Shown: piece by piece, positions 37,934 to 50,903 of the stretch
Layout of the letters: each line of letters opens with the position of its first letter
Position numbering within the stretch: position 1 is the first letter of the stretch
NCBI RefSeq assembly: GCF_006345805.1
Contig: NC_043002.1
Location: 39,370,001 to 39,434,000 of the forward strand
DNA from: Octopus sinensis
Lineage: Eukaryota
Length of the DNA stretch: 64,000 bases
Direction: 5' to 3'
The notes under the pieces: generated by a model
Seen by the model: the letters and a program-made list of their open reading frames with translations, nothing else
The model's database searches: none
Told to the model about the DNA's origin: nothing
Made by a program: the position numbers and the translations under genes

Positions 37934-40808
37934 TATCGGTGAGTTTATGTCCTCATAATTTGGCAGTTTTTCTAAAGAGACTGATAGATTAAGTACTAGG
38001 CTTAAAAAGAATATAAGTACCAAGGTCAATTCATTCAGCTAAAAATTCAAGCCACTGCCCCAGCATTGCTGCAGTTTCATGACTGAAATGTATAAGAGGT
38101 GAAAGATAAAAGATACTGTCACTTTCATAAAAGCATGTAAAAATTACTGGCCTTGATGCAGGATATACTTTGCTGATTCCCCTGTGTCAACCTACAACCA
38201 TTCATTACAGATTCTCCTCTAACTTTTAATAAGACCCTGTCAGACCTGCATTCGCCTTGTCAATAAACGCAAAAGTCAAGGACAAAACTTACTAAAATGT
38301 GACATTTATCTACTTACTACAATATCTGCAAATGGTCGGTTGTGTGTTGTTCTCAGTAGAGTCAGAGGGCTTTTGCACATAAAGACTTTTTTCCTGATCA
38401 AAGTCAGTTTGCACATGAAGATGTAACAGGCATTTCAATTATGAAAGTATTCATTAAATTCACGAAAAAATTTTGTCTTCCTCTCAGAGATTGCTTCATT
38501 GTCAAAATTCCCTGTTTGGGGAATGTTATATGTAATGTATCCTCAACTTTTTAACATCTGCTTTTACATGCTTGCATGGGTTCGACAATTTGTTGAAGTG
38601 AATTTTGCTATGTCCGAGTGCTCTTCCTGTTGCCAAACCTTATTCATTTCCAAGTAAGGTGATATTTCCCATTGCCAGACATGTTTTCACAAGGGATACT
38701 GCTTAGTTACATTCCCAAGTCATGCCAACTCATAAGGGCCTGTTTCCCGGTTTCATGGTGTATAAATACTCCACCTGGATGGGACGCTGGTCCATTGCAG
38801 GATTACTCACTTTTCCCAGCTGAGTGGACTGGAGCAATGTGAAATGCAGTGTTTTGCTCAAGAACACAACATGTTGCCCAGTCCAGGAATTAGAACCACA
38901 ATCATACAATAATGAGTCCAACACTCTAACCACTAAGCCATGTGCCTCCACTAAGGAATACTGCTTGAATGACAGTAATGCATGCTTACAATTACCACAT
39001 AAAGTCAAGGCAAAGAGACCAATAACATACACACTCACAAGGATGCATCATCATCATCATCATCTTTTAACATCTGTTTTCCATGCTGGCATAGGTTGGA
39101 TGGCTTGACTGGATCTGGCCTGGCAGACAGCTACCCAGGTGGTGAGCTGCCCAGGCTCCAAATGTCTGTTGTAGCATGGTTTCTACAGCTGGATTCCCTT
39201 CCTAATACCAACCACTTTACAGAATGTAATGGGTGCTTTTACACACCACTGGCACAGGTGCTTTTTACATGGCACCAGCACCCACACTCACTGTGCTGTA
39301 AGGATTAGGATCACTCAGCTGGAGAGGGATGTAGGAGATGCCTGTATGTAAGGACAAACATGCTTTCACTTAGCTTGGAGTGTCTTATCAAGAACAGCAA
39401 ACAACCAGAAGCCTCAGTCCTTGTCATCCTCTCTCTGAGGCTCTACACATAAATACTTATATATATATATATATATATATATCATCTTCATCATCATCAT
39501 TTAACATCCACTTTCCATGCTAGCATGGGTTGGACTATTTGGCTGAACCAAACTCCAATCTGATCTAGCAGACTTTCTACAGCTGGATGCCCTTCCTAAT
39601 GCCAACCATTCCAAGAGTGTAGTGGGTGCTTTTACGTGCCACCGGCACAAGGGCCAGTCAGGCGGTACTGGCAATGGCCATGCTCAAATGGTGCTTTTTA
39701 TGTGCCACCTGTACAGGAGCCAGTCAAGCAGCACAGGCAACGACCTCGCTCGAACGTTTTTTTCATGTGCCACCAGCACAAGTGCCAGTGAGGCAATGCA
39801 GGTAATGATCATGCTCGAATGGTGCTTTTTACATGTCACCGGCATGGAAGCCAGTTTGTTGCTCTATCAATGATCATGCTCGGATGGTACTCTTAGCGCT
39901 TCGATGAGATTCTTTCAGTTTCTGTCTGCCAAATCCACTCACAAGGCTTTGATAAGCTCAGAGCTATAGTAGAAGACATTTGCCCAAGGTGCCATGCAGT
40001 GGAACTGAGCTTAAAGCCATTGTAGGAAGTAAAACCTAATATGTATTTTGTTCTGTTAAATGTTTATTTTTATTTTCAACATTGGCACAGCATGGCTGTG
40101 TGGTAAGAACCTTACTTCCCAGCCATAAGGTTCAGTCCCACTGCATGGCACTTTAGGCCAGTGTCTTCTACTATAGCCTTGGGCTAACCAAAGCCTTATG
40201 AGTGGATTTGGTAGATGGAACCTGGAAAAAGCCTATCGTATATGTGTGTGTGTGTGTGTGTCTGTTTGTCTGTGTTTGTCCCCTCACCATCGCTTGACAA
40301 CTGATGTTGGTGTGTTTACACCCCTGTAACTTAGCGGTTCGACAAAAAAGATAAGGATAAGGATAAGGATAAGTCCTGGAGTCAATTTGTTCAACTAAAA
40401 GGCAGTGCTCCAGCATGGCCGCAGTCAAATGACTGAAACAAGTAAAAATTTATTGGTTCAAGAAAACATTGAATTTGAATTACTTTTAATTTTTACGATT
40501 ATAGATATGTTTATATATACATGTATGTTTATATATACATACATATAAAATTGGCTTCTTTTGGTTTCCATCTGCCAAATCCATCACAAGGCTTTGATCG
40601 GTCCAGGGCTATAACAGAAGATCCAAGGTGCCAAGGAGTGGGTCTGAACTCTAGACCACATGGTTGGAAAGTAAGCTTCTTAACCACACAGTCACACCTG
40701 TTCAGAATTATATATGTATCTTGTTGTATCATTCAGAATTGTGTATATTGGTCTCTCTCACTGAATTGTTCGAACTTATCTCCTCTGATTTCTGTTGTTT
40801 TATCTCAG

Positions 40809-41033
40809 ACTGTGGATCCTGCTGGGCCATGGGCGCAACCAGTGCACTTGCTGATAGAATCAACATTCATCGATCTTACCCCTGGCCTCCTGCTTACTTA
40901 TCTGTCCAGGAAGTCATTGATTGTGCAAATGCAGGCAGCTGCGAAGGTGGAGATGACACTGGTGTATATGCTTATGCTCATGCCCATGGGCTAGTGGATG
41001 AAACTTGCAACAATTACCAAGCCAAGAACCAAG
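40809..41033 (+). CDS. CTSZ: cathepsin Z/X exon 3 (catalytic Cys)
   Basis: tctcag acceptor. Encodes (Y)[74 protein letters not shown]. gtaggt donor. Confidence 0.98.
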
Positions 41034-41233
41034 GTAGGTCTTACTCTTCATATATATATATATATATAAATTAGAAAAAAAATACCTTTTATCAATTCAA
41101 CAATGAAAAAATTAAATTATACCATGTAGAAAAAAATTACATCCTATAGAAAAAATTAAATATAAGATAAAAACATATACCAATGATTAAGTAATGTGCA
41201 AAATAATAAATAAAATGTATATATTTGGTAAAA

Positions 41234-41316
41234 TGACTACACGTGTTTCATGGCTATATTTAAGAAATGATAACAGTAAAATCTATTCAATATAAATATA
41301 GCTTCTCTTCAGGTCA
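41234..41316 (-). ncRNA. candidate type I hammerhead ribozyme (Penelope-like), extended stem II
   Basis: Minus strand: UGAC-CUGAAGA-gaa-GCUAUAUUUA[loop]UAAAUAUAGC-cau-GAAAC-ACGU-GUA-GUCA. The core is intact, stem III is palindromic (ACACGUGU), and the cleavage triplet is GUA. Confidence 0.65.
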
Positions 41317-41379
41317 AGGAGAAAAACAATAAAATAATTAAATAAATATACGTATATAATCTTGTAAATACGAAATATC

Positions 41380-41938
41380 TTCATCATCATCATCATCATC
41401 GTTTAATGTCCGTTCTCCATGCTAGCATGGGTTGGACGGTTCGACTGGGGATCTGGGAAGCCAGAAGGCTGCACCAGGCTCCAGTTTTATCTGGCAATGT
41501 TTCTACAGCTGGATGCCCTTCCTAACGCCAACCACTCCGTGAGTGTAGTGGGTGCTTTTTACGTGCCACCTGCACAGGTGCCAGGCGAGGCTGGCAACGG
41601 CCACGGTCGGATTGGTGTATTTTATGTGCGACCGGCACGGAAGCCAGTCGAGGCGGCGCTGGCATCGGCCACGAGTCGGATAGTGCTTTTTACGTACCAC
41701 CAGACCAGGGATCCTGGCTGGTTCAATTCGATTTCGATTTCACTTGCCCCAACATGTCTTCGCAAGCAAAGGGGGTTGGCATAGGTGCCTGTCGTACGGT
41801 TGGATTGGTGTATTTTACGTGCCACCGGCACGGAAGCCAGTGGAGGCGGCACTGGCATCGGCCACGAGTCGGATAGTGCTTTTTACGTACCACCAGACCA
41901 GGGATCCTGGCTGGCTCAGTTCGATTTCGATTTCGCTT
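41380..41938 (-). repeat. RTE 3'-UTR-derived repeat with internal tandem duplication
   Basis: catcatcatcgtttaa...ggatgcccttcctaacgccaaccac. The block 41610-41745 is duplicated at 41800-41937. Related copies lie at 1-56, 24940-25210, 35478-35882, 39045-39290 and 39485-39900. Confidence 0.8.
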
Positions 41939-41954
41939 AATAAATGATATATAT

Positions 41955-42039
<85 letters not shown>

Positions 42040-42549
42040 CATATATATGATGATGCATACATAATTAAGGATAAAATCAATTAATGATCTTAACAGTGGC
42101 CAGCATGTAATAAAAACCATACAGGTAAACATTAATATAAATATATAACTATATAGATATAATTATAGGTGCTGTTTCTCTTAACCTTTATGTGTATATA
42201 TATATATATAATATATAAATCTTTGTTATGAATCATCATCGTCATCAATGGTTGTCATCTTCGTCATCTTCATCATCGTCATCATCATCATCATTGTTTT
42301 AAGGTCCATTTTTCCACATTTTGCATGTATTGGGCTGAAATCATCAAGGAAGGTTTTCTATGACCAGATGGTTTTTTTTTTTATTGATTGGGTTGGTTTC
42401 TGTTGGCAGCCCTTGTCTGTTTTCAAGCAAGGTAATATTTCTCAAAGGCTGAACATGTTTGCATGGAAGAGTGGAAACAAATGACAACATTTGTATGACC
42501 AATAACATTAGTTTATAGCTACAGCACAATGTCAAGACAAGGAAACACA

Positions 42550-42594
<45 letters not shown>

Positions 42595-43026
42595 TCACAC
42601 ATGTGCACACACACATACTTTCTCATATAGACAGACAGATTGATCATCAGCATTGCTTTTCTATGCTTGTGTAGGTCAGGCTGGGTATGTTGTTGGGGCA
42701 AGGTTTTCTACATCTGGGTGTCCTACTTGATGCCAATCCCCACCTGTTTCCAAATAAGAAAATAATCTCCTGGTTCAACAAACACCAAACATCCCAGGCA
42801 TATGTGGAAAACTAGAAACAAACAGCTTCAAAGTGCTACAAAGTGGATTGTAAACAAATGACACTATTAGAGAAGCTGCTGTTTACAACCAAGTGAAACA
42901 TATATACACATGAGGAGAAAATGAAATCATACACACACATCTATACACACACACACACACACACACACAAGTCTATACACACACACACACACACACACAC
43001 AAGTCTCTATACACACACATCCCTAA

Positions 43027-43296
43027 CATTTGGCCTCCTAATTTCCCAGATCTCAATCCATTGGACTATTACATGTTGAGTGTTGTTGCCATAGTCAGAG
43101 TAATGTCCAAAATGAACCAGGACCACTTGATTTGAGCATGTAGATGATTTAGATCTCATGTGGAAGCAGTTGTTGAAGCTGATGGTAGCTTTATTAAATG
43201 ACATTATAGAAAAGACGGTTTATTTTTATCCTCATAGCATATATATCTGTTTTTTATAAGCATAAAGCTGTCCTCGAATATCTTATGCACCCTGTA
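43027..43296 (+). mobile_element. Tc1/maT-like transposase 3' fragment
   Basis: IWPPNFPDLNPLDYY and ACR*FRSHVEAVVEADGSFIK*; terminus gcaccctg|TA. Confidence 0.65.
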
Positions 43297-43336
43297 TATC
43301 TATTAAAATGAGATGTCAGTGTTATTTTTGTTTTAG

Positions 43337-44962
43337 GTGATGGACGTTACTGAGAGGGTCACAGGCTAACTAATTAGGGAGAGAGTTAGCCTAGATGAGA
43401 TGCAGTTTGGTTTTGTGCCAGGCAGAAGCACCACTGATGCTATATTTCTGGTAAGGCAACTGCAGGAGAAATATCTAGCCAAAGATAAACCTCTGTACTT
43501 GGCTTTTGTTGACTTGGAGAAAGCCTTTGACAGGGACTCCTGCTCCCTTGTCTGGTGATCAATACGGAAACTGGGGATAGACAAGTGATTAGTAAGAGCT
43601 GTACAAGCCCTGTACAGGGATGCTGTCAGTAAGGTGAGGGTTGGCAATGAGTATAGTGAAGAATTCCGAGTAGAAGTAGTTCACCAAGGATCAGTCCTCA
43701 GCCTCCTCTTATTCATTATAGTCCTCCAGGCAATAGCAGAGGAATTCAAGACAAGATGCCCCTGGGGCCTCCTCTATGCTGATGACCTTGCTCTAATAGC
43801 TGAGTCACTGCCAGAACTGGAGACAAAGTTTAGGGTGTGGAAGCAAAGTCTAGAATTGAAGGGTCTTAGGGTTAACCTAGCAAAAACCAAACTCTTAGTA
43901 AGTAGGAAGGCTATCAAATCACAACCCCCTTCAGGTAGATGGCCCTGCTCAATCTGTAGAAAAGGCATGGGTAGAGACTCCATACGATGTACCCAGTGAA
44001 AGCTATGGACACATAAGAGGTGCAGCAATATCAAAGGAAGGTTAACTGAGAAAATAGTTTTTGTGTGTGGCAGATGCACTAGAATAATAAACACTGAAGA
44101 TGTACAGAAAACAGATTCCATCACATGCTAGGGGGAGAAACTAGTAGTTAATAGTCTCCACTGCCTAAGCAACCAAGTCTGTAGTGGGGGTAACTGCTCT
44201 GAGAGTGTAGCAACTAGAGTAAAAATAGCCTGGGCAAAGTTCAGGGAGTTCCTATCTCTGCTGGCAACTAAGGGCCTCTCGCTCAAGGTGAAAGGTAGAT
44301 TGTATGATGCATGTGTGCAAACTGCCATGCTACAAGGCAGTGAAACATGGGCCATGAATGCTGAGGACATGCGTAGGTTTGAAAGAAAGGAAGCTAATAT
44401 GATCTGCTGGATGTGTAATGTCAGTGTGTGTACATGATGGAGTGTAAGTGCTCTGAGAGAAAAGTTGGGCATAAGAAGTGTCAAATGTGGTGTGCAAGAG
44501 AGGCGTCTGCACTGTTATGGTCATGTGTTATGTATGAATGAAGACAGCTGTGTGAGGAAGTGCCACTCCCTAACTGTGGAAGGAACCTGTGGAAGAGATA
44601 GACCTAGGAAGACCTTTGAACACTGGGCTTCACAGAGTCAATGATTGAGAAGACCAGGCAAGTAAAGTGAGATCGCAGCCACACATGTCCAGCCCTGTTA
44701 AGAATACCCCTGATGCGTCAGGCAATAAACCAATATTGTAGCTGTGGCCAGTGCCCCTGCCTGACTTCCATGCCAGTGGCACATAAAAAGCAACCACTAC
44801 ACTCTCGAAGTGGTTGGCATTAGGAAGGGCATCCAGCTGTAGAAACATTGCCAGATGAGATTGGAGCCTGGTGCAGCCGCTGGCTCTCCAGACCTCAGTC
44901 AAACCGTCCATCCCATGCCAGCATGGAAAATGGGCGTTAAACGATGATGATGATGATGATGA
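43337..44962 (+). mobile_element. RTE-clade LINE, 5'-truncated, decayed
   Basis: MQFGFVPGRSTTDAIFLVRQLQEKY..LAFVDLEKAFD, HQGSVLS, LLYADDLAL (RT), a PHD-like segment, KGRLYDACV; ends in a (GAT)n tail. Confidence 0.92.
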
Positions 44963-44990
44963 TATATCTACATATACACACATACATATG

Positions 44991-45064
<74 letters not shown>

Positions 45065-45164
45065 GTATATAGTTAATCCAAACATGAGAACACAAAGAGA
45101 AAACACAACAACGCGACCATGTGGAACAAGTATAGTGTTATTGGACGCTCAGGAAAGAAGGAGG

Positions 45165-45199
45165 GTTTAACATTTCGAGCAGAGCTCTTCGTCAGAAAC
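45165..45199 (-). ncRNA. candidate minimal hammerhead ribozyme in a ~200-bp (TA)n-embedded element
   Basis: Minus strand: GUUU-CUGACGA-A-GAGC-ucu-GCUC-GAAA-U-GUU-AAAC. Stems I and II pair; stem III is minimal, probably a CpG-decayed ACGU. Confidence 0.6.
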
Positions 45200-45263
45200 A
45201 TAGAAAAGGAAAGATCCAAAGAAGGGAAAACGGAGGAAAAAAATCGCCAACGCTACACGTGCG

Positions 45264-45295
<32 letters not shown>

Positions 45296-45583
45296 CACTT
45301 AAACAATTGCAGCGTGGAAGGTGTTTATAAGCCATTTAAGAAACACAAAATCCGTGAGATTCACTTCAACATTTAAATTTAATTTGTCAAAATATTATCG
45401 TCACTTTGAGAACACGACCTGTTCAATGACAAAATTCCATATTGCATCTTGTCAGTGAACAGGTCACAACAGGTTTTGTTGAATTTTCTGGTGCTTTAAA
45501 TAAAGCATATTACTCTACCACTGGTATTTGAGTACTTATTTTTCCACCTTGTTTCACATTTATGTGTTTACTCCAGTATATAT

Positions 45584-45625
<42 letters not shown>

Positions 45626-45710
45626 CATACACATACACACACACACACTCACTTATATATATATATGTACACATACACACATATATACATACATATATAT
45701 ATATATTATA

Positions 45711-45786
<76 letters not shown>

Positions 45787-46242
45787 GATTACATACATAT
45801 ATATCTTTTGTTAAAGTCTTTTGTAACAACATACACATATGTACTTGTTCACCACAGGTGTGTTATGACAGTGCATGTGTGCCATTGTGATATTGTCAGA
45901 TTGTGTGCGTTTGTGTGTACAAATGGCATCTCATCATGACACTACATGATCTAGACAAAATCTGAAATATTTAGTGGGTGTTAATTCAATACCAGGTTGA
46001 CAAAGAGCAAAGTATTCATTTTTAACCACATTTCTAACCACAAAGATGTGACTAACTTAACTAGCGACTGTTGGTTACTACACCTACAGTTGCTTTCGGA
46101 GTAAAAGAGAGAGATAAAGAGAGTTTACTAAGAAATGGGGGGTGGGGGTGAAGTTTCCTTTAAGGGGAGAGAACTGCTTAGGATTTATAATTCTTCTTTT
46201 GCTTTGTTATTACGAGAGGTCTTTTTCTTACGAGTGAGAGAA

Positions 46243-47293
46243 CATCATCATCATCATCATCATCATCATCGTTTAACGTCCGTTTTCCGCGCTAGCACGG
46301 GTTGGATGGTTCGACCGGGGTCTGGGAAGCCAGGGGCTGCTCCAGGCTCCAGTCTGATCTGGCAGAGTTTCTACGGCTGGATGCCCTTCCTAACGCCAAC
46401 CACTCCGCGAGTGTAGTGGGTGCTTTTTACGTGCCACCTGCACAGGTGCCGGGGGGGGGGTCCGGCATCGGTCACAATCGGTTCGAGCTTTTAACGTGCC
46501 AGCAGCACGGAAGCCAGCCAAGGCGGCGCTGGCAACGTTCGGATGGTCTTTTTTATGTGCCACCGGCACAGGGGCCAGTCGGGGCGGCGCAGGCATCGGC
46601 CACGTTCGGATGGTGCTTTTTATGTGCCACCGGCACAGAAGCCAGTCGGGGCAGCGCTGGCATCGGCCACGTTCGGATAGTGCTTTTTATGTGCCACCGG
46701 CACAGGCATCATAACTACTATTTCCATTGATATTTATTTCGACGTTCATGTTCATGCTCCTCAAGCACAGCGGGACGATCTGGGATCCGGGGTACTTTGA
46801 ATGGGCAGGGGCTATGCGGAACTGATGCAGGAAGCAGCCCGAGTCTTTGCAGTCACAGCATATCTCCAGAGATCTCGGTCCTTCGCCATTGCCTTAGTGA
46901 GGCCCAACGCTCTGAGGTCATGCTTGACTACCTCATCCCATGTCTTCCTGGGTCTACCTCTCCCCCTGATACCTTCAACTGTTTGGGAGTGGAACTTCTT
47001 CACACATCTCTCCTCATCCATCCGCAGCACATGACCATACCATCGCAAGCGTCGCTCTTGCACACCACATCTCATGCTTCTTATATCCAGCATTTCTCTC
47101 AGGGTGCTTACACTCTGTCGTGCGTGTACACTGACATTACACATCCAGCGGATCATGCTAGCTTCATTTCTTTCAAGTCTACGCATGTCCTCTGCAGTCA
47201 CAGCCCATGTTTCATTACCGTGAAGCATGGCAGTTCGCACACATGCATCATACAATCTACCTTTCGCTCTGAGGGAGAGACCCTTTGTCGCTA
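46243..47293 (-). mobile_element. RTE-clade LINE 3' end, relatively young
   Basis: Open 147-aa frame YDACVRTAMLHGNETW...QERRLRWYGHVLRM...RGRGRPRKTW. The 3' UTR has ~60-bp tandem repeats and a (GAT)n tail. CpGs are retained. Confidence 0.9.
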
Positions 47294-47979
47294 ATATTAT
47301 TTTTTTTCATCTTTTATTTGAAGATTTAAGAATTTTCAGTTGAATGTATCAACCCCAAATACTTATATTTTTTTAACAGCTTGGTACTTATTTTAGCAGC
47401 CTCTTTTGCTGAACCACTAAGTTATGTCGACATAAACACACCAACACTGGTTGTCAAGTGGTTGTGTGGGGACATACATAAAGACACTTGCACACACACA
47501 CACACACACACAAACACACACAGATACACACACACACTCATACACGTGTGTTTGTGTATGTGTTTCCATGTATCAAGTCCACTCACAAGACTTTGGTCAG
47601 CCTGAGGCTCATGCTCAAGGTGCCATGCAGTGGAAGTGAATTTGAACTCTGAACCCTAGCTTCTTACCACACAGCCATGCCTGAAATAATATTTCCATAT
47701 AATCCAGTTTTTTCTTTCATGAACATTCTAGGAGTAACAGTAGATAAGTGTCTTCATTCTATATCTAGGAGAGAGATGACAAGCACTTAGTGCTGTGTAA
47801 CACAATAGTAACAGGCACAAAAAAACCCCCAAAAAACCAGTAAGATATGTGAAAAACTGACTGCATAATGCAACCCTTTGAAAGAATGCAAACTAGAAAC
47901 ATTAGATATATCAGATATAGAAGAGGAGTTAACCATAGGAGCAGTAGTTAAAATGAAGTCTCTGGACTGCACAATTTCA

Positions 47980-48442
47980 ACATCATCATCAACATCATCA
48001 TTGTCATCATCATCGTCATTATTGCCATCATTACCATTACTACCCCCACCACTACCAACCATCTCTACCCCCACCACCAACATCATCATTGTCATCATCA
48101 TCATCGTCATTATTGCCATCATTACCATTACTACCACCGCCACTACTACTAGTCCTACTACCACCACCACCATCATCACCACCACCATCATCTTTGTCAT
48201 TGTCATCATCACCACCACTGCCACTACCAACCATCTCTACCACCACCACCACCACCACCACCACCACCAACATCATCATTGTTATCATCATCATCATCAT
48301 CACCACCACCACTACCATTACCATCACTACCACCATTACCATCACTACCACCACTACTTCTACCGCCTCAATCAGCATCGCTACAATCACCACCACCACC
48401 ATCATCACCACCATCACCACCATCATCATCATCATCATCATT
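47980..48442. repeat. compound (CAT/CAC)n microsatellite with internal block duplications
   Basis: A recurring caaccatctctacc..catcatcattgtcatc unit; lies just upstream of exon 4. Confidence 0.9.
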
Positions 48443-48574
48443 TTCCATGTTGACATAAGTTGGATGATTCTTATGTAAAGACCAATGTAATACTTGTATG
48501 TACATAAGTATCTAAGTTTTTTGCACATACATTCTCACATATATTGATTTTGGATTTCGTTTGTTAATGCCTAG

Positions 48575-48725
48575 ATTGCCCAAAGTTTAATAGATGTGGC
48601 ACATGTAAAACGTTTGGAGAATGTGCACCAGTCAAAAATTACACCATTTGGTATGTCGCTGATTATGGCAGCGTCTCTGGAATTGAAAAGATGAAGGCAG
48701 AAATATATAAAAAAGGACCAATCAG
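48575..48725 (+). CDS. CTSZ: cathepsin Z/X exon 4
   Basis: cctag acceptor. Encodes (D)[51 protein letters not shown]|gtaaat donor. Confidence 0.97.
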
Positions 48726-49012
48726 GTAAATATATTCTTTTATTCTTTTATTTGTTTCAGTCACTTGACTGCAGCCATGCTGGAGCACCACTTTGAAGAG
48801 GGTTTCAGTCAAACAGATTGACTCCAGGATTTATTTTTTTTAAGCTTGGTACTTATTCTATCAGTCACTTTTGCCAGACTGCTAAGTTGCAGGGACATAA
48901 ACCCACCAACATCAGCTGTCAAGCAGTGATGGTCGGGTGGGGTGGGGTGGGAGATAAACACAAGCACAAAGGCACACACACACACACAAATATATATATA
49001 TATAATATATAT

Positions 49013-49048
<36 letters not shown>

Positions 49049-49053
49049 CATGT

Positions 49054-49091
<38 letters not shown>

Positions 49092-49193
49092 AACATACAT
49101 ATTTTAATAATAATGGTAAGACAACAAAAGAATGAAAGAGACCTCGATATTATGTAAATAGAGGAATTTATCTGTACATATATATATATATAA

Positions 49194-49322
49194 AATTATA
49201 AATAAGGGCAAAAGAAAATTATTTCCTATGCCAATATGCTGAAAAATAGACTTTAGATCATCTAAAGTCTATTTTTCAGCATATTGGCAGAGAAATTATT
49301 TTTTTCACCCTTATTTATAATT
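49194..49322. repeat. fold-back palindrome (~64-bp arms)
   Basis: ...gccaatatgctgaaaaatagactttagat c atctaaagtctatttttcagcatattggc..., centred at 49259. Confidence 0.9.
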
Positions 49323-49418
49323 GTTTATAATTTTCACCTTAAAAGGTATTTTAACATGCTGCACACTGATAAGATTTTTTTGAAAAATTTCATCCTTATA
49401 TTAGAAGTATGCATATAT

Positions 49419-49454
<36 letters not shown>

Positions 49455-49676
49455 CACAACAGGCATTTTCAGTTTCTACAAATTCATTCACAAGGCCTTG
49501 GTCAATCCAAAGTGCCACGCAGTGGGACTGCACCTGAAACCATGTGGTTGGGAAGCTTCTTTCCACACCTGCGGTTGTAAAAGAAAACATCTACCCAAGG
49601 TGTCACACAGTGAGACTACATAGTTGCAAAGCAAACTCCTTCACCACATGACCATTAGGTATTCATTTATTGCCTA

Positions 49677-50408
49677 CTAGCACTATGACCCAGCGTTATT
49701 GGGTCTAGTGCTAGTCAAGCATATTTGGTCTTTCATGAAAATCCTTCTCTCTTGTCATTCACTTGGTCTAACTCGTTAATTATTCTCTGCATTTCTCAAA
49801 TCAAAAACGCGTGCACATTTGAAAGCCAAAACACATGATAACGCATCTTCGCAAAACACAAAAATGCGCAGAGTCATACAGACTGCAAATGCACACGCAC
49901 ATCCAACTCTCAGGTGTAAAATTATCTCCGTCCAATCAAAAACAGACATTTTGCTATTTATAGATATAGAGATTTTAAGCAAACGTTTAGAAATTCTCTG
50001 GGAAACTGGAAAATCCAGAAAATTCGGGACAGTTTCGGTCCTAAATTGGATAAATTGGTCTGGTATTGAGGTGTGATACATAACAAAGGGGGGGTGGGGG
50101 GAAATTCAGAGTTTTAAAGAGTTAAATTCCCTTGCTATGGTTTAATATCTTTAGATTAAGCTGCTGGATTAAGTGAGTTACGTCCCTTGTATTAAAGACT
50201 TTTGTTACCTGAAACATAAGGGGTTGGTTTATCGATTTTTTTAAATGGCTTTCAGGGGTAACTGGGAAATGAAAAGATCTTCACAACCACCCTTGGACGG
50301 TTTTGAATGATCATAGAAAGTGCGAGCCCTCTAACTGAAAAATTGTGGATTTGTATAAAGGACGGACACAGACACAGACAGACATTTTGCCGTTTATATA
50401 TAGAGAGA
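49677..50408 (-). mobile_element. non-autonomous Helitron (intron 4)
   Basis: The minus strand starts TCTCTCTATATATAAACGGCAAAATGTCTG and ends in a long hairpin + CTAG|T. A second internal 5'-end-like sequence lies near 49945-49972. Confidence 0.72.
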
Positions 50409-50801
50409 TATCAGTTTTCATTATGCACACTAATATACACATGTATCATTTGTCTTCTACATGTTTTAGTCATTGGACTGCAAGGCCATTGCCCTGAAGG
50501 CAGTACCTATGTCTGTTACTTTATTCTGTTAGTCTCTTTTGCCAACCTACTAAGCTATGAGGGATGTAAACAAACCAAATACCAATTGTCAAGCAGCCAT
50601 GGGGAGGACGTACACAAACACATGCGCATATGTACATGTACTTATATATAGGATCATGAAAACACATAAACTCATCAAATGCAAAAAGCAACACAAATCG
50701 GTAAAGAGACTACTAACAAATGCGAAGCTTTACAAAACAACCATGAACCCAACAGTTAAAAATTGTTTTTCTTCACATATGCTTTTGTATTCTCTCTCTC
50801 T

Positions 50802-50837
<36 letters not shown>

Positions 50838-50863
50838 ATATATATATATGTATGTGTGTGTGT

Positions 50864-50903
<40 letters not shown>

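Noticed and set aside
40664-40808. 5' extension of the exon 3 ORF (MESKLLNH...)
   Set aside because: Intronic SINE-derived read-through. The true acceptor at 40807-40808 restores QYCGSCW in phase with exon 2.
46430-46710. Regularly spaced ~60-bp repeats resembling a CRISPR array
   Set aside because: The 'spacers' are similar to each other. This is a minisatellite in an RTE 3' UTR in a eukaryotic context, with no cas genes.
47878-48453. 191-aa His/Thr-rich ORF and the overlapping antisense ORFs
   Set aside because: These are translations of a (CAT/CAC)n microsatellite inside intron 3, with no coding signature.
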